Shown piece after piece: positions 18,226 through 28,454 of a stretch of DNA of 36,564 bases. The translations under genes were made by a program, and so were the position numbers. Numbering within the stretch: the first letter of the stretch is position 1; each line of letters begins with the position of its first letter. This DNA comes from Synechococcus sp. (lineage in GTDB: Bacteria; Cyanobacteriota; Cyanobacteriia; Thermostichales; PCC-7336), in assembly GCA_051439425.1 (NCBI GenBank), contig JBFRWD010000085.1:1-36564 (forward strand), written 5' to 3'. The notes under the pieces were generated by a model. The model was not told the origin of the DNA and made no database searches. It saw nothing but the letters and a program-made list of their open reading frames with translations.

Positions 18226-18309
18226 GCGGAACTGGCGGAATTGGTAGACGCGCTAGATTCAGGTTCTAGTGTTCGCAAGGACTTCCGGGTTCAAGTCCCG
18301 GGTTCCGCA
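18226..18309 (+). tRNA. trnL: tRNA-Leu (anticodon CAG)
   Basis: GCGGAAC/GTTCCGC acceptor stem, GGCGGAATTGGTAGAC D-arm, CTAGA-TTCAGGT-TCTAG anticodon arm, long variable arm and GGTTCAAGTCC T-arm. CCA is not encoded. Confidence 0.96.
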
Positions 18310-18314
18310 TCATC

Positions 18315-18373
18315 AGAAAAGCCTCGCCGATAGGTTGACTGTTATCAGTCAAGCTTCTTTGGCGGGGTTTTCT
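18315..18373 (+). terminator. Long hairpin / terminator after tRNA-Leu
   Basis: Outer stem AGAAAAGCCTCGCCGA / TTGGCGGGGTTTTCT enclosing TTGACTG-TTAT-CAGTCAA. Confidence 0.65.
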
Positions 18374-18551
18374 GTTTCGGAGTAAATTAGTCCGTTATCT
18401 TGCTTGGCTTGACCTGCTTGGCTTTGGCGTTTGTTTCGCAATCCACTGTTAGGTCTGGAGTGCGAGGACAGCTCAAACCCTCTATCTACCAAGAAATATG
18501 GCTATAGGATCCTCCATAGCTGATTGCAGATAGCTTTAGAGGGGCGATGTC

Positions 18552-19199
18552 ATGTCTGTACCTGACTCTTCCAGTCGTTCTAATTCTTCCTTATCGAACG
18601 TCCCAGAAAAGCCTACGACCAAGAAATGTCGATGCCCGTGGGTCGATCTGTCCAAACCTGATTATGTGGCTTACCACGATCGCGAATGGGGAGTCCCCGT
18701 TCATGACGATCGCCTTCTGTTCGAATTTCTGATCCTTGAATCCGCTCAAGCAGGCCTCAGTTGGTACACGGTTCTGCGTAAGCGAGACAACTATCGCCGA
18801 GCCTTTCATGGATTCGACCCGCATCGAGTGGCGCAGTTTAGCGAGGAGCAGATTGCATTACTGCAACAGGATGCAGGCATCATCCGCAATCGGCTGAAGA
18901 TCTCTTCCGCGATCGGCAATGCCCGCTGTTTTTTGTCTGTAACTGAAGAGTTTGGCAGTTTCGATGCTTATCTTTGGCGCTTTGTGGATGGTGCCCCCAT
19001 CGTTAATTCACCCAACACGATGGAGGACTATGCTGCCACCAGCCCGGAATCAGATGCGCTAAGTCAAGACTTGAAACGTCGGGGATTTAAATTTGTGGGC
19101 TCTACCATCTGCTATGCCTACATGCAGGCCATTGGCATGGTCAACGACCACAGTGCAGATTGTTTTCGCCGTCAGGAAATTATCGAGAGTATGCACTAA
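18552..19199 (+). CDS. tag: DNA-3-methyladenine glycosylase I
   Basis: RCPW, YHDREWGVP, LFEFLILESAQAGLSW, IIRNRLKI, GFKFVGSTICYAYMQA.GMVNDH..DC motifs. Confidence 0.95.
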   Translation: MSVPDSSSRSNSSLSNVPEKPTTKKCRCPWVDLSKPDYVAYHDREWGVPVHDDRLLFEFLILESAQAGLSWYTVLRKRDNYRRAFHGFDPHRVAQFSEEQIALLQQDAGIIRNRLKISSAIGNARCFLSVTEEFGSFDAYLWRFVDGAPIVNSPNTMEDYAATSPESDALSQDLKRRGFKFVGSTICYAYMQAIGMVNDHSADCFRRQEIIESMH

Positions 19200-19234
19200 C
19201 CAGTAGGCGCACAACTGACGGTTTAACCTCGACG

Positions 19235-21163
19235 TTACTGAAAATATCTCATCGGATTAACCGGAACACCATTGACATGGACCTCCATATGGAGGTGAGG
19301 GCCAGTGCTCCAGCCCGTACTTCCCCGACTCATGATGGGTTGACCCTGTTGCACGATCTGGCCTGTACTGACAAACACGCTGGTACCGTGAGCATAAAGG
19401 GTCACCAATCCATCGGGATGTTGAATCTTGACCATGTTGCCATATCCCCCCGTATGCCAACCGGCAAAGATAACTGTGCCCCCTTGAACTGCCACAATCG
19501 GCGTCCCGTAAGCGCCGGGAATATCGATGCCGTTGTGCATACGACCCCAGCGCCACCCAAACCCAGAGTTCATGCGCCCTTCTACCGGCCAGACAAACCC
19601 ACCACTGCTGACCGCTGGAGGCAAAGCCGCCGCAGGTCCTCTAGTATTGTCAGGAATAGTAATCTGTTGGCCAACTTGCAAGCGATTGGGACGCACCGTC
19701 GGGTTAGCCCGAATAATCTCGTTCACAGTCAAATTGTGGCGGCTGGCAATCAATTCCAGTGTGTCTCCCCCCGCAACTTGATAGGTTTGAGGCTGAGATT
19801 GACTGTCTGCATCGCTCTCTCCAGATGGTTCGGGAATCGTTAGAGTCACCCCAGACTGTAACCGCGTAGACCGAACGCCTGGATTAGCAGCCAATAACTC
19901 ACGCGTGCTGGTGTTGAACTGACGAGAAATCTCTGACAGCGTGTCTCCCACCACAACGGTATACATGCGCGGAGATGCAGCGTCTGGTGCATCAGCGATC
20001 CTGGGAGGAGAGGCCAAAGACGTGTACGTCGCTAAATTCCACTCGGCCACCCCTGACTCCGCTAACGTTTCTAGCACTTTAGTGCGAACAGCCAGAATTT
20101 CTTCAACTTTTCCTGGAATCACCAACTGTTGGCCAACGACTAATTCATCTCCATTGTCGAGAGGCGTAGCGGCGACAATATCGGCTTCGCTCACTTCATG
20201 GGAGTTGGCAATCGTCTCCAGCGTGTCTCCAGTGTTAACCGTATAAATCACCCCCTCAGTGCGAGGGATAAACAACGTCTGTCCGGGTTCAAGCTCTGTT
20301 TGGGCATTGATACCGTTAGAGGTCGCGATTGCAGCTGCATCCAATTGGTACATCTGGGTTAGTTGCCACAACGTTTCTCCCTCTTGGATTTCGTGCTGAA
20401 CAATTCCCGAGGAGGGCGCTTCTGGCAAGAGTTCATTTTCCGTCAATGCTTGGCTGGCTTGCTCCAGTCTTAGCTCGTAGTTTTGCTGTAGAACCCCTTG
20501 AATCGTCAGCTCGGTACTGGCGGCGGCTTCTGGAAAGGGAAACGATTGCGATCCAAAGTCGGCTTCATAGCTGCGTGCCAAAACGACTGCCGCGATTCCC
20601 AGCCAAGTAGCCAATCCAGTACACAGCACTGGCCTGCGAGCGGAAAAGATAGATGCAAGCTTGAGCGCCCCCCCTTCAGTGACCAGTACACTAGCAACTC
20701 TCTGAAAACGAGATCGGAGATCGAGCGGTCGCAGCAATGAGACAACGTCATCTAGAGCGGCTGCCGCAGCCCGAATATCATCAGTCAGGTCGGTGGTTAA
20801 CTCTCGATAGTTGAGTAGCGAGAGGACTCGCTCTGCAAAAATCAACGCCACCGTTAAGCGATAACGACTACCCAGACTGAAATCACTTCGGGAACTATCT
20901 CTGACGACTGCCGACCTCGTCCGAACGGCGCTGTTGGCCGTAGGAGGTAGCCCATCTCGAACTGAGTTGACCCGATACCCTGAGAACCTATCTTCAGCTC
21001 CAGAGACTGTACGAGGTTTGCCGCGCTCAATCGCTCTGCGATCGCGTTGGCTTCCAACCCCAATGGCTGAGTCTTCTAAAGCTAAGCTACATTCCTTACC
21101 TTCTTCAGTATCCAAAGCTGAAGGCTGCGTTGACTCCAACTCAATCTCCTCACCAATCCCCAA
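19235..21163 (-). CDS. LysM (four copies) + M23 peptidase (NlpD-like); start uncertain
   Basis: Four LysM repeats (GETLW, GDTLE, GDTLS, GDTLE), then WPVEG, MHNGIDI and STGPHLHME. One internal hydrophobic segment. Confidence 0.88.
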   Translation of the reverse strand: MGIGEEIELESTQPSALDTEEGKECSLALEDSAIGVGSQRDRRAIERGKPRTVSGAEDRFSGYRVNSVRDGLPPTANSAVRTRSAVVRDSSRSDFSLGSRYRLTVALIFAERVLSLLNYRELTTDLTDDIRAAAAALDDVVSLLRPLDLRSRFQRVASVLVTEGGALKLASIFSARRPVLCTGLATWLGIAAVVLARSYEADFGSQSFPFPEAAASTELTIQGVLQQNYELRLEQASQALTENELLPEAPSSGIVQHEIQEGETLWQLTQMYQLDAAAIATSNGINAQTELEPGQTLFIPRTEGVIYTVNTGDTLETIANSHEVSEADIVAATPLDNGDELVVGQQLVIPGKVEEILAVRTKVLETLAESGVAEWNLATYTSLASPPRIADAPDAASPRMYTVVVGDTLSEISRQFNTSTRELLAANPGVRSTRLQSGVTLTIPEPSGESDADSQSQPQTYQVAGGDTLELIASRHNLTVNEIIRANPTVRPNRLQVGQQITIPDNTRGPAAALPPAVSSGGFVWPVEGRMNSGFGWRWGRMHNGIDIPGAYGTPIVAVQGGTVIFAGWHTGGYGNMVKIQHPDGLVTLYAHGTSVFVSTGQIVQQGQPIMSRGSTGWSTGPHLHMEVHVNGVPVNPMRYFQ

Positions 21164-21664
21164 CAGTCATGCCCTCGGCTCGAATTTCCAGAACGCGATT
21201 GCCTACGTATGAGCGACCAACACGAGACAGTAGATGTATTTATGCCTATCCAAAATGAATCTTTACACTTCGGCCAAGAGTACACCGATTAGAGGCTTCA
21301 AACAAGTACATTTAGCCACACCAGCAGAGACATTTCATACGGGATACATTGAATACATCCACACCTACAAATGCAATGCATTTGGAACGTCGTAAGCAAA
21401 GGAAAAAGTACACCCAGGTGCCAGTCATGTGTAAAGAAAGAAACTAGCACTTGGCGCAATTATTCTTGAGTGAATACACTATGTGGTCTTGCGTCTACTC
21501 GCCTCAGAGCGTTATCGCGAGTAGTTTCTGGTGGTTCGAGTAGTCAATGGCACCTTACAGGAATATCCACCGTGCTTGTCTTCGAGTTGTTGCATGCACA
21601 TTGAATAGTTTGCCGAGAGGATATTTCGGACACGACTCATCGCTCTAAAACTGGGATCAAAAAA

Positions 21665-22243
21665 ATGATGAATGTGAAAATTCTGGTCAACCGATTGGGA
21701 CTGGTTTCTATTTTAAGTGGCATCGTATTTGCCAGTGTATGGTCCTCTCCAGTTCGTTCCGTTCCGGCCAACCCCCAACTGTTGTCTAGCTCCGAACTAT
21801 GGTCGATCGAGGCCTTATTCCCCGGTCGAAGCGTGCTTGGCGAACACACCTTCAAGGTCTGGCTACCGCAGTGTGGGCAATGTACGTTTGTGCCAGTGAG
21901 TGACGTCCGAGGGAGACCCGAGCTATCTCTCCACCTAATCAAAGATGGCCAATTGCACTACACCCTTCCCCCCTCTGAGGCCGATCGCACGTGGGCTAGC
22001 TTCAACATGCTTGCCGTCGCATTCACCGATTTGGACAATGACGGCCAAGATGACATTGCAGTATTAGCCGAGTACATCACAGGCATAGGCCCAACTGGGA
22101 CTCAGCCGTTTCCCGCTGCCTCAATTTATTTCAGTCGAGAAACGGTATTCAAGCACAATCGACAGCTTAGTCAGTACCTGACCGAACAGGGGGTGGAAAC
22201 CATTGCAGAGCTTATTTCAGCCATGGAATCCTATGGCTACTGA
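21665..22243 (+). CDS. Exported hypothetical protein with an FG-GAP/EF-like DxDxDG motif
   Basis: Signal-peptide-like N-terminus and the sequence AFTDLDNDGQDDIAV. Confidence 0.65.
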   Translation: MMNVKILVNRLGLVSILSGIVFASVWSSPVRSVPANPQLLSSSELWSIEALFPGRSVLGEHTFKVWLPQCGQCTFVPVSDVRGRPELSLHLIKDGQLHYTLPPSEADRTWASFNMLAVAFTDLDNDGQDDIAVLAEYITGIGPTGTQPFPAASIYFSRETVFKHNRQLSQYLTEQGVETIAELISAMESYGY

Positions 22244-22345
22244 TAGCCAATCAACAATTTATTGCCACCTCTCCTATTGAGTTAAGGACATACGAAAACA
22301 TCCGAGTTATAAATATTAGATTAGTACGGATTATTCGATATTTTT

Positions 22346-22465
22346 ATTCGGTATTCCGATCCTTATAGAACATCAAAAAAAGAAACTTCAATAAAGTTAG
22401 ACCATTTTCTCTGTCGAGCTAAAAATAGGCGGAAATCCGAATTTTCTTCGTTCGGCAAACTGAAT
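22346..22465. promoter_or_regulatory. Cluster of K-box-like heat-shock elements upstream of hsp20
   Basis: ATTCGGTATTCCGATC (22346-22361), inverted AGGCGGAAATCCGAAT (22427-22442) and GTTCGGCAAACTGAAT (22450-22465), compared with the K-box consensus GTTCGG-NNAN-CCNNAC. Confidence 0.5.
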
Positions 22466-22576
22466 CATAGCAATATATTTTTGATTTTATTGTAGTAATT
22501 GTTCGAGGGCGATGGAGTAGCCCAACCCTTGATTGATAACCATTCACCTTCCGAGCATTGCAAGGAGATGACAGAA

Positions 22577-23017
22577 ATGACGTTAGTACGCTGGAATCCC
22601 GCTCAAGAAATTGAATCCATTCGTCAAGAATTGGATCGCGCATTTAGTTCCACATTTACCGATCCAAATCGCGAGTCTTACACGGGGCCTACGCTACAAG
22701 TGTGGGAAACCTCTGAAGCTTATGTTGCCCGTTTAGTGGTGGTTGATGCTGATGCTGACAGCTTCGATATTGAAGCCTTTCCATACGGTCTAGCGATTAG
22801 CGGCACCATTTCCCCACGAATTCCTGACAACGCCAAACTCGTCTATGGCGAATACAAAGACGGTGATTTCACACGCAAGTTCCGTGTAGCTACACAGATT
22901 GACACAGAGACGGTTTCTGCAAATTACGCTGACGGAGTATTGACTGTGACCTTGCCTAAGGTCAGTCGATCCCGAACAGTCAAAGTTGCCCTCAACAATG
23001 TCGACACGGCCGACTGA
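22577..23017 (+). CDS. Small heat-shock protein (Hsp20/alpha-crystallin family)
   Basis: MTLVRWNPAQEI N-terminus, GDFTRKF and SANYADGVLTVTLPK motifs. AAGGAG RBS upstream of the ATG at 22577. Confidence 0.9.
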   Translation: MTLVRWNPAQEIESIRQELDRAFSSTFTDPNRESYTGPTLQVWETSEAYVARLVVVDADADSFDIEAFPYGLAISGTISPRIPDNAKLVYGEYKDGDFTRKFRVATQIDTETVSANYADGVLTVTLPKVSRSRTVKVALNNVDTAD

Positions 23018-23115
23018 GTATCGGTAGATACCGACTCATCGTTTTGATCTAGACCATCAGAACTCATTGCTTTCCCACTGATTTCACAGTCCGGGCGATC
23101 GCCTAGAATCACTTT

Positions 23116-23143
23116 GCCCCACCATTAAACGTGGGGCTTTTTT
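23116..23143 (+). terminator. Intrinsic terminator after hsp20
   Basis: GCCCCAC-CATTAAAC-GTGGGGC-TTTTTT. Confidence 0.8.
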
Positions 23144-23176
23144 CTGCATTCTCAGCCAGAGAGATGTCGCGAGAAA

Positions 23177-23377
23177 CTAGCCTAGAGCGCTCTGAAGACG
23201 GTCGTAGAGCTCCTGCCAGCTTTCATCGGACATCATTGTTCCCGGCTTCTCAATACCGTTTCGATCTAAGTAAGCAGCAAGATCTTGAAATCGCTCTTTC
23301 CATGGGCGATCGAAATCTACACCAGCCAAATCGTAGACTTTCTTCCGCAAGTCCAATTGAGATTGAGTTAGTGACAT
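23177..23377 (-). CDS. Small hypothetical protein (66 aa)
   Basis: ATG-started ORF that fills the gap between two terminators and has an amphipathic-helical, protein-like composition. Confidence 0.55.
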   Translation of the reverse strand: MSLTQSQLDLRKKVYDLAGVDFDRPWKERFQDLAAYLDRNGIEKPGTMMSDESWQELYDRLQSALG

Positions 23378-23542
23378 ATCACGGTCTTCAAACGCGACAA
23401 AAACATCTCAACACGATTGACGATCGACAATGCTTCTAGTAACAGCAGACTTTATCGAACATCGTTAATTACTGCAATTATGCCAGTAGACCATCAAAGT
23501 AGCACGACGATCGACTTGCAAAATGCTCCAGAACATTGCAAT

Positions 23543-23566
23543 AAAAAAGTCCCCGATGAGGGGACT
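23543..23566 (-). terminator. Intrinsic terminator after chlN
   Basis: An A-run followed by AGTCCCC-GATGA-GGGGACT. Confidence 0.8.
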
Positions 23567-23602
23567 AGGTGACGGAATAAACGTATCGTTGATGAAGGTT
23601 AA

Positions 23603-25039
<1,437 letters not shown>

Positions 25040-25112
25040 TTATGGTGTGCCTTGAGAAGAAAAAAGAGGAGACAAGTGTCAGAGCATCTCCTCAATCGTC
25101 AACACTGGAGAG

Positions 25113-25952
25113 TTAAACCAAAGCAGGTGCGCCTGTTTTCACGGAGTTGTAGGAATCAGACAGCAGAGTAAACAGATCGCGATCGGCAGCTTCGGTGGGC
25201 ACAATGCCCTCCGGCTGAGCCAATAGATGATCGGCAATATTCAGGTAGTACTGGCAAACGGGATCGAGGCTGGGATCGCTTTCAGCCAACTCAAAAATGG
25301 TTTTGCCTTTCACCCGCGAGACGCGAATATCTTCGATCAGAGGAAGGACTTCCAGCACGGGCATCGGTACATGGGAAATATACGTATCGATTAAATCCCG
25401 CTTCGACGTGCGATTGCCGATCAAGCCAGCCAGTCGCAATGGGTGAGTGCGTGCTTTTTCTCGAACAGAAGCGGCAATCCGATTGGCTGCAAATAAGGCA
25501 TCGAAGCCGTTGTCCGTCACAATCATGCAGTAGTCGGCATAGTTGAGCGGAGCGGCAAACCCACCGCAAACAACGTCTCCCAGCACATCAAACAGGATGA
25601 CATCGTACTCATCAAAGGCATTCAATTCCTTCAGTAGCTTGACCGTCTCACCGACAACGTAGCCGCCGCAGCCTGCCCCAGCAGGAGGGCCACCGGCCTC
25701 AACGCAATGGACGCCGCCATAGCCTTCATAGATCACGTCCTCAGGCCAGACATCTTCGTAGTGATAATCTTTCTCTTCCAACGTGTCGATAATAGTTGGA
25801 ATTAAGAATCCAGTCAGAGTAAACGTGCTGTCGTGTTTGGGATCGCAGCCAATTTGGAGAACTTTCTTGCCGCGCTTGGATAGTGCTGTGGAAATGTTGC
25901 AACTGGTAGTGGATTTACCAATACCGCCCTTGCCATAAACCGCTAATTTCAC
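25113..25952 (-). CDS. chlL: Light-independent protochlorophyllide reductase iron-sulfur ATP-binding protein
   Basis: [37 protein letters not shown] and [11 protein letters not shown] motifs; adjacent to chlN. Confidence 0.97.
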   Translation of the reverse strand: MKLAVYGKGGIGKSTTSCNISTALSKRGKKVLQIGCDPKHDSTFTLTGFLIPTIIDTLEEKDYHYEDVWPEDVIYEGYGGVHCVEAGGPPAGAGCGGYVVGETVKLLKELNAFDEYDVILFDVLGDVVCGGFAAPLNYADYCMIVTDNGFDALFAANRIAASVREKARTHPLRLAGLIGNRTSKRDLIDTYISHVPMPVLEVLPLIEDIRVSRVKGKTIFELAESDPSLDPVCQYYLNIADHLLAQPEGIVPTEAADRDLFTLLSDSYNSVKTGAPALV

Positions 25953-26166
25953 AGACCGATCTCCGTTTAGGATTGCTATACGCGATCGCCCCGTCCAATT
26001 CCTATCTGCGCTCTCGTTTGTATCTGGGGGCTCGGCTTGCGGACAGGAATCAACTGGGTCATTTCCCTCGCTAAAAAATCACCGCTCGGGCGATCGCACT
26101 TCGAATGCTAAAGGGTTCATCGCGTTCGAGAAAGTCAATATTGCAGTTCACAAATAAAAATAGAGT

Positions 26167-27447
26167 TCAAAAGAAAAACTCTAGCTTCACATCTGCCTCG
26201 GAATTAATACTGATTTGTTTAATGAATTCCCGCAGATAGGCTCGCTGTTCCGACTCGCTGAGCGAGCGCCAAAAGGGTTCGATAGAAACCGCTTGAGCAA
26301 TGGCTGCAAGGTTTCCGGGAGGAAGCTGGTCCCGTTTCTCACCCAACTTTGCGTTTTCTCCCTCCAGTAAATATCGCTGTAGTTGGCGTTCGTCATCACC
26401 GTTGGTTGAGCGGGATTCAGACTCGCGGTCGAGGGTGACAATTTTGGATTTGTTGCTTTTGATTTGCAATTCGATGCGACTCTTAATGCTCTCGACCGGT
26501 AGAGAATCAAGATTGGCAGTGCGCTGGGGAAGCTGCTGGCATACCGCCTGGATCGTATTAGTCAGTGCCAGATCGTAGTTAATGCTGTAGCGGCAGTTCG
26601 GACAGCGGAGATATCGGTACACCTTGGCTTGCCGCTTTTTAGTAGCTTGAACAATCCGCAGCGGGCGATCGCAGCTCTGACACACCACTAATCCTGCGAG
26701 AGCACGAGGAGCACTGGTGGAACGACTGGCTATGGGGCCATTGCGCCGAGACCAGCGATCGATCTGCGCCGCTTCTTCACGGGTCAGTAGGGCTGGGTGG
26801 GTATCCCGCAGTGTTACCCCATCTTTGAATTTCAGATCTCCGCGGTACACCGGGGATGTGAGCCAGCGACGCGCCGTTGTGACCGAAATGGCGTTTTCGC
26901 CCGCTTGATTGATGTCCTTAACGGCTCCTCGAATAGAACCGAACAGAAGATATCGCTCGAAAAAAGTCCGAACTCGTTGAGCTGCTCGCTCGTCAATCTC
27001 GTATGTATCACCCACTCGCCGATATCCAAAGGGAGCCGGGCCAGGAGGAGGCTTCCGGTTGAGTCGATTTTGAGCGTGCCCCTCTGAAATGTGACGGCCT
27101 TTCAACTCCTGCGGCAGTTGGGTCAAGAAAGCTGCCAGAACATCGAGGTCGCTCAACGATTGAACTCCCTCCTCAGTTGCCACAACGACATCGGCATTCC
27201 GCTGCAGCCAAAACTTCACCTGCTGTTCCACCTTCGGAGTCGTCTCGGCCAAATCCGTCAAAGACAGTAAATAAAGTCGGAGGTCTGTCGCCTGCTCGCT
27301 ACTGTACTGCTGAATCAGGTTGAGATAATGCTGGCGATCGCCCAGGTCCACTAAAATATCTGTTGCCCCCGACCGCAACAACAGCGACTGTTCCTCCTCA
27401 CTGGGGGGGACAATCGCCGAACGATAGATATAGCCGAGTTTCCTCAC
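26167..27447 (-). CDS. Recombinase family protein (degenerate large serine recombinase: resolvase-like + recombinase + Zn ribbon + coiled coil)
   Basis: PPPGPAPFGYRR, WLTSPVYRG, THPALLT, LAGLVVCQSC...YLRCPNC and YLREFIKQI motifs. The N-terminal catalytic motifs are poorly conserved. Confidence 0.82.
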   Translation of the reverse strand: MRKLGYIYRSAIVPPSEEEQSLLLRSGATDILVDLGDRQHYLNLIQQYSSEQATDLRLYLLSLTDLAETTPKVEQQVKFWLQRNADVVVATEEGVQSLSDLDVLAAFLTQLPQELKGRHISEGHAQNRLNRKPPPGPAPFGYRRVGDTYEIDERAAQRVRTFFERYLLFGSIRGAVKDINQAGENAISVTTARRWLTSPVYRGDLKFKDGVTLRDTHPALLTREEAAQIDRWSRRNGPIASRSTSAPRALAGLVVCQSCDRPLRIVQATKKRQAKVYRYLRCPNCRYSINYDLALTNTIQAVCQQLPQRTANLDSLPVESIKSRIELQIKSNKSKIVTLDRESESRSTNGDDERQLQRYLLEGENAKLGEKRDQLPPGNLAAIAQAVSIEPFWRSLSESEQRAYLREFIKQISINSEADVKLEFFF

Positions 27448-27574
27448 AAGATATTGAATAGACTCATCCCGTAGTGCCAGCCCTATATTGGCACGCCGAT
27501 TTGAACGGGGCGACCTGCAGTCATCGTGTCCAGCGCGAGTCGATGAATGGTGATGTTTATGTGGCAGCAGTTTT

Positions 27575-28336
27575 ATGTGGTTTCGGCGACTATTCAGCAG
27601 TATTCTATTGGCCGGTCAAGTGGTGCTCTACCTGCTGAAAGGGCGCCTGTATCACCGCAATACGGTCGATCAGATGTCGCTGGTGGGAACCGAATCCTTA
27701 GGAGTCGTTATTATTACGGCGTTAGTCATCAGCGGCGTGTTCACCATTCAAGTGGCGCGGGAATTTATTAATTTTGGAGCTGCCTCGGCGATTGGTGGTG
27801 TACTGGCACTGGCGTTAGCACGAGAGATGACGCCGGTTTTGACGGCGGTGGTTGTCGCCGGTCGGGTGGGCTCGGCGTTTGCTGCTGAGTTAGGCACGAT
27901 GGAAGTGACCGAGCAAGTGGATGCCCTGAAGGTGTTGCGCACCAATCCGGTGGAGTACTTGGTGGTGCCCCGCGTTCTCGCCTGCGCCATGATGATGCCA
28001 ATCTTGACTATCCTGGCTCTGATTGCAGGAATCATGGGGGGATTGATTATCTGTGTTGCCTATTACGGCCTCACCACCAGCGCGTTTATGAACTCTGCTC
28101 GCAACTTTCTGGCGGGGTCGGACATTATTATCTGCTGCGTGAAAGCGCTCGTGTTTGGGGTGGCGATCGCAATTATCGGCTGCGGATGGGGTTTAACCAC
28201 AACTGGAGGGGCGAAAGGAGTGGGGAGATCGACCACAGCAGCAGTGGTGACCTCGTTGCTGTGCATTTTTGTGGCCAACTTTGTGCTGTCGTTTTTCTTC
28301 TTCCAGGGAGCTGGCGGAGCGTTCAATACACTGTAG
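27575..28336 (+). CDS. mlaE: MlaE/TGD1 family lipid ABC transporter permease
   Basis: REMTPVLTAVVVAGRVGSAFAAELGTMEVTEQVDAL, YLVVPRVLA and GGAKGVGRSTTAAVV motifs. Confidence 0.93.
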   Translation: MWFRRLFSSILLAGQVVLYLLKGRLYHRNTVDQMSLVGTESLGVVIITALVISGVFTIQVAREFINFGAASAIGGVLALALAREMTPVLTAVVVAGRVGSAFAAELGTMEVTEQVDALKVLRTNPVEYLVVPRVLACAMMMPILTILALIAGIMGGLIICVAYYGLTTSAFMNSARNFLAGSDIIICCVKALVFGVAIAIIGCGWGLTTTGGAKGVGRSTTAAVVTSLLCIFVANFVLSFFFFQGAGGAFNTL

Positions 28337-28454
28337 CGTTTACTATTTTCAGGCTCTCTCAACGAACCGATCGCAGCCTATAGGCAAAGGCTATCCTTGC
28401 GTTTATGGGGGACAGAACTTCCGTGTCGATATCGGTCTCGCCTCATCCTTATTT

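Noticed and set aside
21444..21477. CIRCE-like CTAGCACTT...GAGTGAATA
   Set aside because: The spacer is 15 nt rather than 9, there are several mismatches, and it is not adjacent to a chaperone gene.
22396..22404. Another GTTAGACCA 9-mer, identical to the cassette start, upstream of hsp20
   Set aside because: No inverse core or attC follows hsp20, and one chance 9-mer match in 36 kb is unremarkable.
22507..22550. Fluoride riboswitch-like GGCGATGGAGT upstream of hsp20
   Set aside because: It lacks the TTCGCC closing strand and the downstream TGATGACTCC pseudoknot partner, and the gene context is wrong.
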